From Candidatus Heimdallarchaeum aukensis (GTDB lineage: Archaea > Asgardarchaeota > Heimdallarchaeia > Heimdallarchaeales > Heimdallarchaeaceae), in the NCBI GenBank assembly GCA_021513695.1, contig CP084166.1, positions 1,856,001 to 1,920,000 of the forward strand: 64,000 bases of DNA, written 5' to 3'. Within the stretch, counting starts at the first letter, position 1, and each line of letters begins with the position of its first letter. The notes under the pieces were generated by a model. The model saw only the letters and a list, made by a program, of their open reading frames with translations, searched no databases and was not told the origin of the DNA. This document shows, one piece after another, positions 19,275 to 29,951 of this stretch. Position numbers and translations under genes: made by a program.

Positions 19275-20432
19275 TTAGAGATTATAGTCAATATCTTCAT
19301 ATTCGAGATCTTCATCTTCTATTTGGTCTATATATTCTTCAGAAATTTCAATTTTTGATTGCTCTTTAAATTTATCATGTGTTTTCCATATATGAATGAT
19401 AAGTTCATCCAAGTTTTTTGTAAGTAGGTCAATGTTTATATTTTCCTTTGTAGAAATCTCAAAGTCTGTATTAAATTTAGATTTAGCTTTTTCAATTTCT
19501 TCATCAGATAATAAATCAATTTTATTTAATACACGAATAATTGGAACTTGAGGAAAGTTCGTTTTAATATCATTCAATAGATTAAGTTGTTCATCTAGTT
19601 TAAGACTAGCATTATATGATGTATCGAAGAGAATTATGATAATATCCGATATATATCGAATTGTGGAAATACTCTGAAGCTCAATTATGTTTCTTTCACC
19701 AAATGGTCTATCTAATATTCCTGGAGTATCAACAACTTGTGCCATCGTAAAAAAAAGATTACGATGGCCAAAAATGATTTTTTTTGTTGTAAAAGGATAT
19801 TCACCGATTTCTGGTTTACCTGTTGAAATAGATCTCACTAGTGAGGACTTACCAACATTTGGAGCGCCAGCAACTACTACTGATGGAATAGTCATATCAA
19901 AATCGGGAATTGTTTTAGCCTTTTTAGTCACACGAATTAAATATTTGATATCACCTTTAGCTTTTTTTACTAAAGATGCAAATCTCCCATAAGCAGATTG
20001 CCTAATTTTAGCTGTTTGTTGGGGGTGTGTTGTCTCTTTTAATTTTTTCAATTCTTCCTTTTCTATTTTCTTTATTTGTTCAGAAATTCCTTTTAATCTC
20101 CCCAAAATTTGTTTTATCTTGGCAATATCTCCAAATACTGCACAAAGAGAGATATAAAAAGGATGCATATCTTCAATCCAAGGAAATTGTGAAATAATTT
20201 TTTCTAGTTGTGTGCAAATATATGAAGATAAAGCAGAAATGCGTTTTGCCTCTAAAGCAGCTATTTTTTCCTCTCTAGATTTTCTTCTACTTCTCTTCTG
20301 CTTAAATTGAACAGCAGCTGCTTTATTAAAGCCCATTTTTAGTATTTCGTTAACTGGGGGGATATAACCTACACGTCGAAAGGGATTTCCTTGATAACGA
20401 TCATGTTGCTTTTTTCTTGACACTAAGTACAC
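19275..20432 (-). CDS. NOG1-family GTP-binding protein
   Basis: 385 aa with G1 motif GAPNVGKSS, FTTK and NKIDL motifs, and a long N-terminal helical domain typical of Nog1 GTPases. Confidence 0.7.
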   Translation of the reverse strand: MYLVSRKKQHDRYQGNPFRRVGYIPPVNEILKMGFNKAAAVQFKQKRSRRKSREEKIAALEAKRISALSSYICTQLEKIISQFPWIEDMHPFYISLCAVFGDIAKIKQILGRLKGISEQIKKIEKEELKKLKETTHPQQTAKIRQSAYGRFASLVKKAKGDIKYLIRVTKKAKTIPDFDMTIPSVVVAGAPNVGKSSLVRSISTGKPEIGEYPFTTKKIIFGHRNLFFTMAQVVDTPGILDRPFGERNIIELQSISTIRYISDIIIILFDTSYNASLKLDEQLNLLNDIKTNFPQVPIIRVLNKIDLLSDEEIEKAKSKFNTDFEISTKENINIDLLTKNLDELIIHIWKTHDKFKEQSKIEISEEYIDQIEDEDLEYEDIDYNL

Positions 20433-21559
20433 CTTATTTGTTCTAAAATTTCTGGTTTGATAGGATGATCAAAGTATTTTTCCAGATTTTCAATAACCTC
20501 TTTTCTTTTCAAAGTAAATTTATCTTGATATTCACAAACTAAATTGTAAAGTTTTGGTTTACAGTCTTTTCCACATATTAGCTTTCCATTTTTACATTGG
20601 TCTCTTATTTGCTCTAGTTCTTTATCATCCCTAATAAAGAAAGTTTCAAACCAATTAAATACGGTACATTTTTCAGGAACTCCACCCAGTTCTCTCTGTT
20701 CTTTTAATGTATCTCTTCCACCAGTCAATGCACTCATAATTTTCTTTTTTATCGTTTTTTTATCGTCTCTTATGTATACACAAGTTTCTGGAACTGATGA
20801 TGACATTGGACCCCCTGTGAGTCCTTTCAAGTATTTCACATAAATGGAGGCGGGAGCTGTAATTTTCCTTCTCCCAGCGATATCTCTAGTTAGTCTCATA
20901 TATACATCTTGATCTAAACCTATAGGTACAACTACAGGAAGATTGTAGTCAACACTAGGTTGAAGGATATGAGCTGCTTGCACACAAGAATAGAAAACAG
21001 TTCCTGCATTTTCTTCACCAGAAAAACCTAATGCAGCTTTAATTGAATTATAAGTAAGGTTAACTGAAAAATCAAGTGCTAATCGGTATATTCTGGGTGT
21101 TTCACTTGATAAATAACAATGAACATTATCTGGTTTGAAGCCTAACGCAAAAATATCTATTGCATTCTCGATTGCTAATTTATATGTTTCATCATCCAAT
21201 GTTTTTAACTTTCTAAAAACGTATTTTTCATCATCTGATAAAGGCATAAAAAACTTACATCCGAACTTTTTCTGTAGTTCTAATATCAATTCAAAAACAA
21301 TCAAATGACCAATGTGCAGATCATTTGAAGGTCCTCGACCACTTATTATTGCCCAATCAAGACCATTTTTTGCTCGTTCAAGAATTTTATTAAAGTCTCG
21401 ATGTGCAATAACAATTTTCCTTCTGAAAAAGAAAATATCTTGTTCTATCTCCGATTGAAGTTTGTCTATATCTTCAATCCCAAATTCTCGCATAATGTTT
21501 TCGTAATCAGTTCTTTTTTTAATATCATAGTTACTATTCTGTTTCACATCTATCACCAA
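20423..21559 (-). CDS. trpS: Tryptophan--tRNA ligase (class I aaRS)
   Basis: 378 aa with GRGPSNDLHIGH (HIGH motif in the TrpRS-type context) and GGPMSSS (KMSKS-like). Confidence 0.65.
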   Translation of the reverse strand: MVIDVKQNSNYDIKKRTDYENIMREFGIEDIDKLQSEIEQDIFFFRRKIVIAHRDFNKILERAKNGLDWAIISGRGPSNDLHIGHLIVFELILELQKKFGCKFFMPLSDDEKYVFRKLKTLDDETYKLAIENAIDIFALGFKPDNVHCYLSSETPRIYRLALDFSVNLTYNSIKAALGFSGEENAGTVFYSCVQAAHILQPSVDYNLPVVVPIGLDQDVYMRLTRDIAGRRKITAPASIYVKYLKGLTGGPMSSSVPETCVYIRDDKKTIKKKIMSALTGGRDTLKEQRELGGVPEKCTVFNWFETFFIRDDKELEQIRDQCKNGKLICGKDCKPKLYNLVCEYQDKFTLKRKEVIENLEKYFDHPIKPEILEQIRCT

Positions 21560-21707
21560 AAAACGTCACTAAAAAACTTTGTTTTTCCATATAACGAGAT
21601 GGATCACTATTCACTGCAAAAGTAAGAAAAACTATCTTTAAAGTAATTGCCAACCCAAGTGACCACTCTCATCGTTAGGTGGTTATAATTATTTAAAAAG
21701 TTTATCC

Positions 21708-21722
21708 AAAATTTTCCAATTT
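21708..21722. repeat. 15-bp direct repeat AAAATTTTCCAATTT (left flank of the IS481-like element)
   Basis: Identical 15-mer at 21708-21722 and 22744-22758, bracketing a 1021-bp segment that starts TGT... and ends ...ACA. Confidence 0.6.
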
Positions 21723-22743
21723 TGTATACTCTACCTACGTTGGTAACAAATAAATAGAAAGTGGGTTACGAGGGTAAATGATGAATTATGAACAAACCCG
21801 AACGTAACCTAGAGAGACTAAGAAAGATTGTGGTTAAAAAAGCTTTGGAAGGAGAAAAGAGAAGATAAAAAAGGTAGCTCACGACTATATGGTGAGTAGG
21901 AAGTTTGTGTATAAATGGTTAAAGAGGTTCAGAGAGAACCCTGAAGGAGAATGGTGGAAGGATAGATCTTCCAGACCAAAAACTATACACAGGAAAGTAG
22001 ATGAGGAGTTAAAAGAGAGGATAAGGGAGTTAAGAATAAAACAAGGAATGAATGTGGAGAAGATAGCTTATCTGTTGAAGAAAGAAGGAAGAGGATTATC
22101 GCGAAATACAGTAATTAAAGTAATAGGAGAGCTTGGTCTTCCTCTGTGGAGTAATAGGAAAAAGAGGAAGAGACCTCGATACAAGAGATTTGAGCGAGAA
22201 AAACCTAACGAACTCTGGCAGATAGATGTGAAAGGACCATTCTGGGTAGAAGAACAAGGATAGACAACATCTCCACCTCATAACTCTCATAGATGATCAC
22301 TCACGATTCTGTCTAGGAGCTAAACTTCACCCTTTTGCACCGAAAAAAGAGCAGATAATAAGTTTGCTAGAAGAAGCAATAGAAAAATATGGTCGCCCCG
22401 AGTCTATACTCACGGACAATGGAGCCCTCTTCTCTTCTGTTAGAGGAGGAACAAGTACCTTCTCCCGTTGGTGTCAAACAGAGGGAATAAAACACATCAG
22501 AGCTAGAGTTTTTCACCCTGAAACATGCGGAAAAGTAGAAAGACTACATGGAACCATCATCCGTGAGATGGAAAGATTAGGTCTAAAATACTGCAACTCC
22601 GACCTCTCTTACTATCGCTCGTACTACAATTTTAGTCGTCCTCACCAGTCTCTTAACCTCCTTACTCCTGGAGAAAGATTTATGAATCACCCTTACGTTT
22701 CTCTAGTGCCCAAAAGTGTAACCCATGTCTATTGAGTGAACAC
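21723..22743 (+). mobile_element. Degenerate IS481-family insertion element (~1.0 kb)
   Basis: Begins TGTATACTC and ends GAGTGAACACA, i.e. imperfect TGT...ACA termini. It contains a frame-disrupted DDE integrase/transposase and is flanked by 15-bp direct repeats. GC is higher than the surroundings. Confidence 0.55.
21889..22735 (+). pseudogene. IS481-family DDE transposase, disrupted by frameshifts and stops
   Basis: HTH part ...KVAHDYMVSRKFVYKWLKRF..., first Asp WQIDVKGPF, then a frame change to LIDDHSRFCLGAKLHPF..ILTDNGALFSS..CGKVERLHGTIIREM (DDE core). Upstream N-terminal codons are also interrupted. Confidence 0.65.
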
Positions 22744-22758
22744 AAAATTTTCCAATTT
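22744..22758. repeat. 15-bp direct repeat AAAATTTTCCAATTT (right flank of the IS481-like element)
   Basis: Exact copy of 21708-21722. Confidence 0.6.
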
Positions 22759-22824
22759 AATAAAAGAAGTATTTTAGTACAGAATTAAAAAGAATATTTT
22801 TGAATATAAAAAAAATGTAAACAT

Positions 22825-24237
22825 ATGAATAATTGGATTGAGTTTTATCTTTCATCACTCAGAGAACTTAAGCCTAGAAATCCCAATCAAAGCCATATTT
22901 TAATCGGTTTTAATGTTAATTTAGATAAAATAATAAAAATCACTCCAATTAATTTTTCCAACTATTTTTCTAAATTTCAAGATTTTGAAAATAACAATAG
23001 TTTTTCCCTAAAAGAAAAAATAATAGAAACAGAGGAGAATTTCTTTAAATTTCTTATCGATGCCATTAAAAGAGGAAAGGCTGAAGAATACCTCATAAAC
23101 GAAAAAATTCAGGAATGGATTGAATCAAATTTCTCTCTTGAGAAAACATGTATTGGAGGACAAGCTGCAATCATCGCAAATATATTAAGTGACTTTGGTT
23201 ACACCAACATAATTTTAAGTTTACCAGTAAAAGATAAACGCTTTAAACATCTACTTAATGAAGAAATAAGAATTCCAATCAAAAAGAATAATGAAGTAGA
23301 ATTATTACCAATAAAAAAAATACCCTTCAAAAGAAAATACAACATAGAGCACTATATCTTTGAATTCAATTCAGGGAAGTACTCTATAGGAAATAAGCGT
23401 ATAGTTTGCACTAGAAACAACAGATTTATAGCTTCTGCAGACACGATAAATTCAAAAATGATAATAGATGATGCTTTTGTAGAATGGAGCAGAAAAAATG
23501 CAAGATCAATTACAGTTGCAATATTATCTGGTTTTCATTTACTACGAAGTGAGATCTTAAAAGAAAAAGAGAAAAATAACTTAAACAGTACAATTGAACT
23601 AATAGAACAATTGAAGAAAAACAATAAACAGATAAAAATTCACATAGAGCTAGCTTCATTTAATAATATAGAAAGTTTAAGTTTTGTAATCGAAAAACTA
23701 TTTCCAACTATTGACTCCATTGGGTTAAATGAACAAGAACTAATCATGGTTGCAAGAATTTTTGACACTGAACTTTCTTCAAAAATGCGAAACGGAACAA
23801 TAATTGACTATTGTAATGGTTTATTTGAGATATTTAGAAGATTTTCAAACTTAAGGATTCATTTTCATTTCTTAGGTTACTATCTCATCCTCTCAAAACC
23901 AATTTCAGAAGAAAAAATTATGACTAGGCGTTCTTCTCTAATTAAAGCAGCAATTAAAGCCTATCAAAAAGTATCACTATCTTCAAATATATTATATATC
24001 AAAGAAAATATAAAAAATCTTATCTCACGTAAAGGAATAGATGAAATAAGAACATTAGAAGAGTACTTGGTTAAGAAGTATAAGGTTGAAGGATCACTTT
24101 CTTTTGATGGGTATTTAAGATCCGAAAAATTTACTATTGTTGCTATACCAACTTTAATAGAAAAAAAACCTACACATCTTGTAGGATTGGGGGACACTAT
24201 TTCTTCTGTGTCATTTATTGAAGATTATATTGACTAA
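22825..24237 (+). CDS. ADP-dependent sugar kinase family protein (ADP-dependent glucokinase/phosphofructokinase-like)
   Basis: 470 aa. N-terminal GFNVNLD motif (the NxNxD motif of the ADP-PFK/GK family), C-terminal VGLGDTISS motif, and the size typical of that family. Confidence 0.55.
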   Translation: MNNWIEFYLSSLRELKPRNPNQSHILIGFNVNLDKIIKITPINFSNYFSKFQDFENNNSFSLKEKIIETEENFFKFLIDAIKRGKAEEYLINEKIQEWIESNFSLEKTCIGGQAAIIANILSDFGYTNIILSLPVKDKRFKHLLNEEIRIPIKKNNEVELLPIKKIPFKRKYNIEHYIFEFNSGKYSIGNKRIVCTRNNRFIASADTINSKMIIDDAFVEWSRKNARSITVAILSGFHLLRSEILKEKEKNNLNSTIELIEQLKKNNKQIKIHIELASFNNIESLSFVIEKLFPTIDSIGLNEQELIMVARIFDTELSSKMRNGTIIDYCNGLFEIFRRFSNLRIHFHFLGYYLILSKPISEEKIMTRRSSLIKAAIKAYQKVSLSSNILYIKENIKNLISRKGIDEIRTLEEYLVKKYKVEGSLSFDGYLRSEKFTIVAIPTLIEKKPTHLVGLGDTISSVSFIEDYID

Positions 24238-24318
24238 CTTAGTAATAACATTTAAGCTTGAATAAAAATTTAGAAAAATTTTTGCTCTTATATATGCTAT
24301 GAAGGTAGTATTAATGAT

Positions 24319-25689
24319 ATGAGTTCCAGAATAAGTACTCATGATAATGTAATTGAATTATATCATAAAAAAAATTTGCAATTACGAGTTGAAATTTTTA
24401 AAATTAAAAATTTTAATGCAGAAAACAAGCACTTGATAAACGAGTTGACATCTAGAAAACAAACTTACAGTCTTTATATCTCAAAACAAGAAATTCTTTT
24501 GTTTATATATTATTTCAAAGATGAATTGGTAAGAATTGATTCTAAAGACGTATCTAATAACAGTTTTTTAGTTAGCTATGTAGATATAATAAATGAAACC
24601 AATAGTTATTTTCCAGTACAAAAAATTAGAAAAATAAAAGAAAAGAACGATATAATACAAATTACTTACGATAATAAAGAAAAAGAATTCTATAGAATAT
24701 ATGTATGCCAATTAAGAAAAGGAGAACAACTTCTAGAAAAAGATATTGCTAAGTATTTCAGTGATATAGCAAAGTTAGGTTTTTTTGACATTGTAATATC
24801 ACAAAAATTTGATAACAAGGAAGGAAAGAATAGTGAAAATTGGGGAATATTTCTAATTACAAAAAATAAAAATGAAAAAGAACTTGAAATAAAGCATAAG
24901 CATTTTATGAATTTAATTAATCGCAAAATAAAATTATTTAATATAAATTTTGTAAAGGCAACAAAAAAAGATATTGAGTGGAATAGAACTAAATTCCAGT
25001 TTTTATTACCATGGATAAGACACTCTGGGAATCTGGCATTTACATTAGATTTTAATTTATTTTTTAATAACTTCAACACTACAGCTAGACTAAACTTAAA
25101 AGAAAAACATGAAAACTTAAAAGGAAAAAAAGAGAAAATTAATTCAACTTATAATCCTGACAAAAAGCCATTACCTTCAGTAAAAGAAATAAACTACAAC
25201 ATAGGTAGATCAAATAAAGATTTTAAACTAAAAAAAGATGAAATTATGTCTCAAATTGAAGAACCGATGATTATTCAAACAATTCCAAAGACAACTGAAG
25301 TCTCAAAAAAATCAAATAAGGTTCAAATAAGAAAAACAGTTTCTGGAATTTTCAAAACAATTGGTTTCAAAGAAAGTTTAATTTTTAATAATAAGTTTGA
25401 TATCGTACTAAGACGAGGGACATCTTACATTTTTGTTATTATCTCTACAGATACATTTCTATCTCACAACGCTTATGAACTTATTGAAGAATTATCAAGC
25501 ATTGCTGGTTTAAGGAACAACTTTTTAGCGTTGGTTATTGCACCAGTTTTTGAACGACAAGCGGAGAAAATATTACGAGATTATAATATTATAATGGTCA
25601 ATAAGTTAGAAAGTATGGATGAAGAAACGTTAAAGAAAGTATTACACGAAAGATCTAGTGAATTATACTCATTTCTACCTGTTGCATAA
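24319..25689 (+). CDS. Hypothetical protein (Lys/Asn-rich)
   Basis: 456-aa ORF with no recognisable motif. Confidence 0.3.
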   Translation: MSSRISTHDNVIELYHKKNLQLRVEIFKIKNFNAENKHLINELTSRKQTYSLYISKQEILLFIYYFKDELVRIDSKDVSNNSFLVSYVDIINETNSYFPVQKIRKIKEKNDIIQITYDNKEKEFYRIYVCQLRKGEQLLEKDIAKYFSDIAKLGFFDIVISQKFDNKEGKNSENWGIFLITKNKNEKELEIKHKHFMNLINRKIKLFNINFVKATKKDIEWNRTKFQFLLPWIRHSGNLAFTLDFNLFFNNFNTTARLNLKEKHENLKGKKEKINSTYNPDKKPLPSVKEINYNIGRSNKDFKLKKDEIMSQIEEPMIIQTIPKTTEVSKKSNKVQIRKTVSGIFKTIGFKESLIFNNKFDIVLRRGTSYIFVIISTDTFLSHNAYELIEELSSIAGLRNNFLALVIAPVFERQAEKILRDYNIIMVNKLESMDEETLKKVLHERSSELYSFLPVA

Positions 25690-25753
25690 GAGTATTAAAA
25701 TCACATCTATTGAAAACTAGATTTCAAATATTTTTCTTAAAAAAACTTATTTT

Positions 25754-25828
25754 GGCGGGCCAGGCAGGATTTGAACCTACGATAGCCTGCTCCGGAGGCA
25801 GGTGCCTTATCCACTAGACTACTGGCCC
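25754..25828 (-). tRNA. tRNA-Arg (anticodon CCG); CCA encoded
   Basis: Reverse complement: GGGCCAG acceptor, D arm GTCT-AGTGGATA-AGGC, anticodon stem CCTGC/GCAGG with loop CTCCGGA, T loop TTCAAAT, 3' strand CTGGCCC-G-CCA. Confidence 0.8.
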
Positions 25829-25934
25829 AAGATTAATTAAAGTAGAATTGAAAAAGTTGTCATTTTCGGACAAATAACTCGTTTTTATAAAGTAAATTCG
25901 GTTCTTGGAAAAGAATAAAGGTTAAAATTTCTAA

Positions 25935-26279
25935 CTAATCATATTCTCTCCAAGTGTGACCACATTCCACGCACCGGAAAAACCGAGTTGGAGATTCATC
26001 TGCACTTCTAGTCTGTCGTTGCCAATAGGTAACCCTCTGCTTCTTTTCACATTTTGGACAGTATAATTCTCTTGTAGGCAAGGTTTCATCAATCGCAGAC
26101 TCGTCAATAACCTCCGACTTTAATAACTCTCTTTCTATATCATGGTTAATTTCCTCTGTAAATGAATTATCTTGGGCATCACTAATTTCCTTTGTATAAC
26201 CGCATTTTGTACAAATTAATTTACTACTTTCTGGTATCAATAATTTTCCACACTTAGGACAAAATTCCAATAGTATCAC
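25935..26279 (-). CDS. tfs: Transcription factor S (TFS / RpoM-like)
   Basis: 114 aa with an N-terminal zinc ribbon (CPKCG...CTKCG) and the C-terminal TFIIS-type ribbon CPKCEKKQRVTYWQRQTRSADESPTRFFRCVECGHTW carrying the RSADE acidic loop. Confidence 0.9.
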   Translation of the reverse strand: MILLEFCPKCGKLLIPESSKLICTKCGYTKEISDAQDNSFTEEINHDIERELLKSEVIDESAIDETLPTRELYCPKCEKKQRVTYWQRQTRSADESPTRFFRCVECGHTWREYD

Positions 26280-26359
26280 CTATACGCCTTGAATGATACT
26301 AAAATTATTGTTTCAAAAATATTTCTTTTAAAGTAAAAAATTGGAAAAAAATTATGATT

Positions 26360-27100
26360 TCAGACAAACATTCCTTTATCTGAATCATCCTTTTCAGCCT
26401 GAGGTTTGTTAGCTTTCAGCAGACTCTGAATTTCTTTTTCAATTTTTTCAGCTTGCTCAATTAGTGCAGAAATATCTACAGTAATACCAACCATCTTTTC
26501 TATCTCTTTAATTGCAATACTTGCTGCAATTGGGTCGGGCCTTGATCTTTCTGCGTAAGGTAATAAAGCCATAGCTGGAAAATCATGTAATTCAGAAAAG
26601 AGCATTACATAGGCTAAAGGCCCAGTTACATAGAGACCCTCATCTAAAGTTGGAATTGAAATAGACTTCTCAAGTTTAATAAAAGCTTGAGTATATATCG
26701 CTTTTAGCTGGTTATCATCTTTAAGTCTGTTGTCTAAGCCACCAACCAATATTGCTTGTTTAAAACCAGTATCAATACACCATTTTACTAATGTTTTTGT
26801 AAATTTTAAGTGCTCACTTTTTATTGGTTCAAAAATAGGTAATACAATGACTAGATTATCCTTTCGGTATATTTCAAAGGGAAAAGTAATGCGTTCATTT
26901 TTTATAGTTATAAATTGAGGTATATTTTCTGTAATTATAAAACCTATTCTCTTAGCTTCTATCTTTTCAACAATGTGACTAACAGATATATAACCACACT
27001 CACCAATCCCATGCCAACCATTCAATAATGTACAACCTTTAAAATCCTCTTTTTCTTTAAATACAAAACTAATTTCTCCGTAGTTTTTTGTAAAAACCAT
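26360..27100 (-). CDS. PAC2-family protein (proteasome assembly chaperone-like), putative
   Basis: 246 aa. LLNGWHGIGECGYIS resembles the PAC2 GFPGVGLVG region. Weak assignment. Confidence 0.4.
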   Translation of the reverse strand: MVFTKNYGEISFVFKEKEDFKGCTLLNGWHGIGECGYISVSHIVEKIEAKRIGFIITENIPQFITIKNERITFPFEIYRKDNLVIVLPIFEPIKSEHLKFTKTLVKWCIDTGFKQAILVGGLDNRLKDDNQLKAIYTQAFIKLEKSISIPTLDEGLYVTGPLAYVMLFSELHDFPAMALLPYAERSRPDPIAASIAIKEIEKMVGITVDISALIEQAEKIEKEIQSLLKANKPQAEKDDSDKGMFV

Positions 27101-27145
27101 ATTTTTCCACCAATAAGATTAAATAGAAAAGAAAAATGAAGAAGG

Positions 27146-27880
27146 TTATTTCCTTCCTTTCTTTCGACCACTTCGTTTAGCAGCTATCAAACCAACTTTC
27201 TTTCCTGGTTGAGAATGTCTAGATACTGTTGTAGATCTTGGTGGACCTTGATGTGAGCCACCACCATGTGGATGACTGACAGCATTCATGGCAACACCTC
27301 GAACACGTGGGTAATAATGGCCTTTTGCTTTCATTGCATGATATTTATTTCCTGCTTTAACAAAAGGTTTCTCTGTTCGACCTCCACCAGCAACAATACC
27401 AATAGTTGCTCTACATTTTTGTGGAATCTCTTTTATTTCACCGCTAGGTAACTGAACTTTGACTTTGCCTTTATCTCTGCCAAGGATTAAAGCATAGCCA
27501 CCACTTGAACGAATAATTCGACCACCATCACCTGGAGTAAGTTCGATATTAAATACAGGAGTTCCATCGGGTATAAATTGTAAAGGAAGGGTATTGTTAA
27601 TTTGTATAGAAGCTGCTGCCCCATACTCTATCTGTTGACCTACTCTAACACCTTCAGAAACTAAACTAACCTTTTTGAGTTCATCCTCAAAAAGAATTCT
27701 TGCGATAGGAGCTCCTCTTCCAGGATCATGGATAATATCTTTAACTACACCAGTAATTTTCCCGGAGTATTCTATTTTAGAGAGTTTTCTATATTTTACA
27801 CTCCCTTTTCTTTTATGAGAAGCGGCACGAAATTGTGATGTTCCTCTTCCGCGTCTTTGGACTAAAATTTTCTTACCCAT
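27146..27880 (-). CDS. rpl2: 50S ribosomal protein L2 (uL2)
   Basis: 244 aa ending ...VAMNAVSHPHGGGSHQGPPRSTTVSRHSQPGKKVG..., the canonical uL2 C-terminus. Confidence 0.9.
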   Translation of the reverse strand: MGKKILVQRRGRGTSQFRAASHKRKGSVKYRKLSKIEYSGKITGVVKDIIHDPGRGAPIARILFEDELKKVSLVSEGVRVGQQIEYGAAASIQINNTLPLQFIPDGTPVFNIELTPGDGGRIIRSSGGYALILGRDKGKVKVQLPSGEIKEIPQKCRATIGIVAGGGRTEKPFVKAGNKYHAMKAKGHYYPRVRGVAMNAVSHPHGGGSHQGPPRSTTVSRHSQPGKKVGLIAAKRSGRKKGRK

Positions 27881-27892
27881 TTTTTCACCACC

Positions 27893-28162
27893 TTAGAATA
27901 GACCCATCTTCGAAGCAATATCAGCAGCATCATCAAATTCACTCAATTTTACATAGGCTTTTTTCGTACCTCGTGGGGTAATTAAAGTATTAACTTTTTC
28001 TACTTTAACATTATACAATTTTTCTATTGCTTCCTTGATTTGATGCTTTGTTGCTCTACGATCAACTAGGACGACGAGTTTATTTTCTCTTTCAATTAAC
28101 TCGAAATCTTTCTCGCTAATTAAAGGTTTTTTAATTATATTGTACAAATCCATTATCCTCAC
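27893..28162 (-). CDS. rpl23: 50S ribosomal protein L23 (uL23)
   Basis: 89-aa ORF in the L4-L23-L2 order; ...[42 protein letters not shown].... Confidence 0.85.
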   Translation of the reverse strand: MRIMDLYNIIKKPLISEKDFELIERENKLVVLVDRRATKHQIKEAIEKLYNVKVEKVNTLITPRGTKKAYVKLSEFDDAADIASKMGLF

Positions 28163-28944
28163 CTGTATTTTTCATTCAAATATGCAACAGCTTTTTCAGT
28201 CCATATTGTTAGTCGACCTGGATCAGCTCCTGGAGCAAGTAACTCTGTTCGTAATTTATCAACTGGTTGCACATCAACTCCTAAAACATTTCTAGCAGCT
28301 TTTAGTATGGGACTATCGTCATTACCTACAACAATTAATGGGCCAACAGGCGTTTTATATCTTCGTCCACGCATTTTTCCTTTTCCAGGGCGGATACGAC
28401 GACCATTTTTAACTCGTTCTAGATCTGCCCCAACGCCTAAATTTTTCAACAATTTAATTGCATCCTTTGTTTTTGATATGTCTTCTGCTTTTGACTCTAC
28501 GATTATTGGAAACTCAACAGAATCATTGAAGCGATGTCCTCTTTCTCGTACTGCATCTTTTAATGCTGTAAAAGCAATCGACGATTTCAAAGCAAGAAGA
28601 TGCTCTTTTTTGTTGATTTTCTCAATAATGTTTTTAGCACTTTTTGGAGGATGCGCTTTGTGTCCACCTCTTGCTTGTGGTACAAAAGCTCCACGTTGGG
28701 CACTATGGGTTCTCGTTCCTTTTGTTCGAGGTACCCTTGCTGCTCCTCTTCCAGGACCCCAGTTTTCTACAGAAACTAGTCTACCAGCTAAGGGACTAAC
28801 TCCTTTTGGTTGCCTGTTCCAACTTTGTTCTGCAAGGACAGCACGTTTAATTACATCTTTCCTTAATGGAGTTTTAAAAACAACAGGTAGTTCCATTTCG
28901 ACATTTGTCTTTGTACCATTTACTGACATAATAATAGCTTTCAT
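28159..28944 (-). CDS. rpl4: 50S ribosomal protein L4 (uL4)
   Basis: 261 aa with ...[16 protein letters not shown]...[36 protein letters not shown]. Confidence 0.85.
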   Translation of the reverse strand: MKAIIMSVNGTKTNVEMELPVVFKTPLRKDVIKRAVLAEQSWNRQPKGVSPLAGRLVSVENWGPGRGAARVPRTKGTRTHSAQRGAFVPQARGGHKAHPPKSAKNIIEKINKKEHLLALKSSIAFTALKDAVRERGHRFNDSVEFPIIVESKAEDISKTKDAIKLLKNLGVGADLERVKNGRRIRPGKGKMRGRRYKTPVGPLIVVGNDDSPILKAARNVLGVDVQPVDKLRTELLAPGADPGRLTIWTEKAVAYLNEKYR

Positions 28945-28949
28945 TCATT

Positions 28950-29951
28950 TCACCCTTGTTGACTTTTCCTTGATATATAAGTTATCTGTGGCTCTTTTTC
29001 TTGCTGCGGAGTTTTTCTCATGGGTTTTCTCAAAAATACTGTACGCTTTTTGCTTCCAGGAATTGAACCTTTAACTAAAACGTAGTTATTTTTTACCAGC
29101 CCATAATTTACAAATCCGCCATCAGGAATAATTTCTTTACCATCAGAACCTATTTGCATAATTCTTTTGTTGTATTCTGTACGAGTATGAAAACCCATTT
29201 GACCATGTCGGGGAACAGTCCACATTGTTCGTGCTGGGTGCCAGGGGCCTATTGAACCAACACCACGTTTTGTTCCTTTAGATTTGTGTTGTAGTATTTT
29301 GATTCCATGTCTTTTAACAGGTCCTTGGAAACCTTTTCCTTTTGTAACAGCAATTACATCGGCAAACTCTCCAGCTTTGAACACATCACGTATCATTACT
29401 TCCTTGCCTAATAGAGATAATCCATATTCGAATCCTTCAGAGGGACTATTACAACCGATTTTTATTTCGGCAATAGAGGGGGTTTTTGTACCTATCCCAG
29501 TCAAGTATGGTTGTGTATGTACAATGGCTCTGATCTCCACCATTTCGGGGAGCTTTTCTTCAAAGTTCTTTTTTGCTTTCTCAAAATCGTATTTTTTAGG
29601 GGTTTTAACACGCCGACGTAATTCTTCCTTATATTCAGAAGAGAAGAGATCAGCTGAAATACTAAGACCATATGGAGTCTTAGCGTAGCCGCGGAGACCA
29701 TAAACAACAATTGGTGGGGTCTCAATAACAGTGCAAGCTACTGTTACCTCGCGGTTCGCCAGATGACTTTGCCGGCGATCCTCTATATACGATAGTTGGC
29801 TCATTCCCGCTTTGATACCTAAGAAACCAAGCAACTTTGGCTGCCCGTTATATTCTGGCCAAGCTCTTGGTTTAGGAGTAAGCCTTGCGGCCCTATTCCT
29901 TCTGTATCCAAGCGATGAGCGACGAGGTGCATGGCTTGTTCTACTTCCCAT
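28950..29951 (-). CDS. rpl3: 50S ribosomal protein L3 (uL3)
   Basis: 333 aa starting MGSRTSHAPRRSSLGYRRNRAARL, the archaeal uL3 N-terminus. The 5' two-thirds (29288-29951) lies inside tandem-duplication copy 1. Confidence 0.9.
   Translation of the reverse strand: MGSRTSHAPRRSSLGYRRNRAARLTPKPRAWPEYNGQPKLLGFLGIKAGMSQLSYIEDRRQSHLANREVTVACTVIETPPIVVYGLRGYAKTPYGLSISADLFSSEYKEELRRRVKTPKKYDFEKAKKNFEEKLPEMVEIRAIVHTQPYLTGIGTKTPSIAEIKIGCNSPSEGFEYGLSLLGKEVMIRDVFKAGEFADVIAVTKGKGFQGPVKRHGIKILQHKSKGTKRGVGSIGPWHPARTMWTVPRHGQMGFHTRTEYNKRIMQIGSDGKEIIPDGGFVNYGLVKNNYVLVKGSIPGSKKRTVFLRKPMRKTPQQEKEPQITYISRKSQQG

Noticed and set aside
22825-25689. Possible defence island around the IS481 remnant (ADP-kinase plus 456-aa Lys-rich protein)
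   Set aside because: No nuclease, ATPase, methyltransferase or other defence-type motifs could be recognised in the 456-aa protein. The neighbouring gene is a metabolic kinase.
29284-29688. 134-aa + strand ORF (and its duplicate 31398..31874, 158 aa) antisense to rpl3
   Set aside because: It is the shadow ORF of the conserved L3 gene. Its duplication merely reflects the 2.2-kb tandem repeat.
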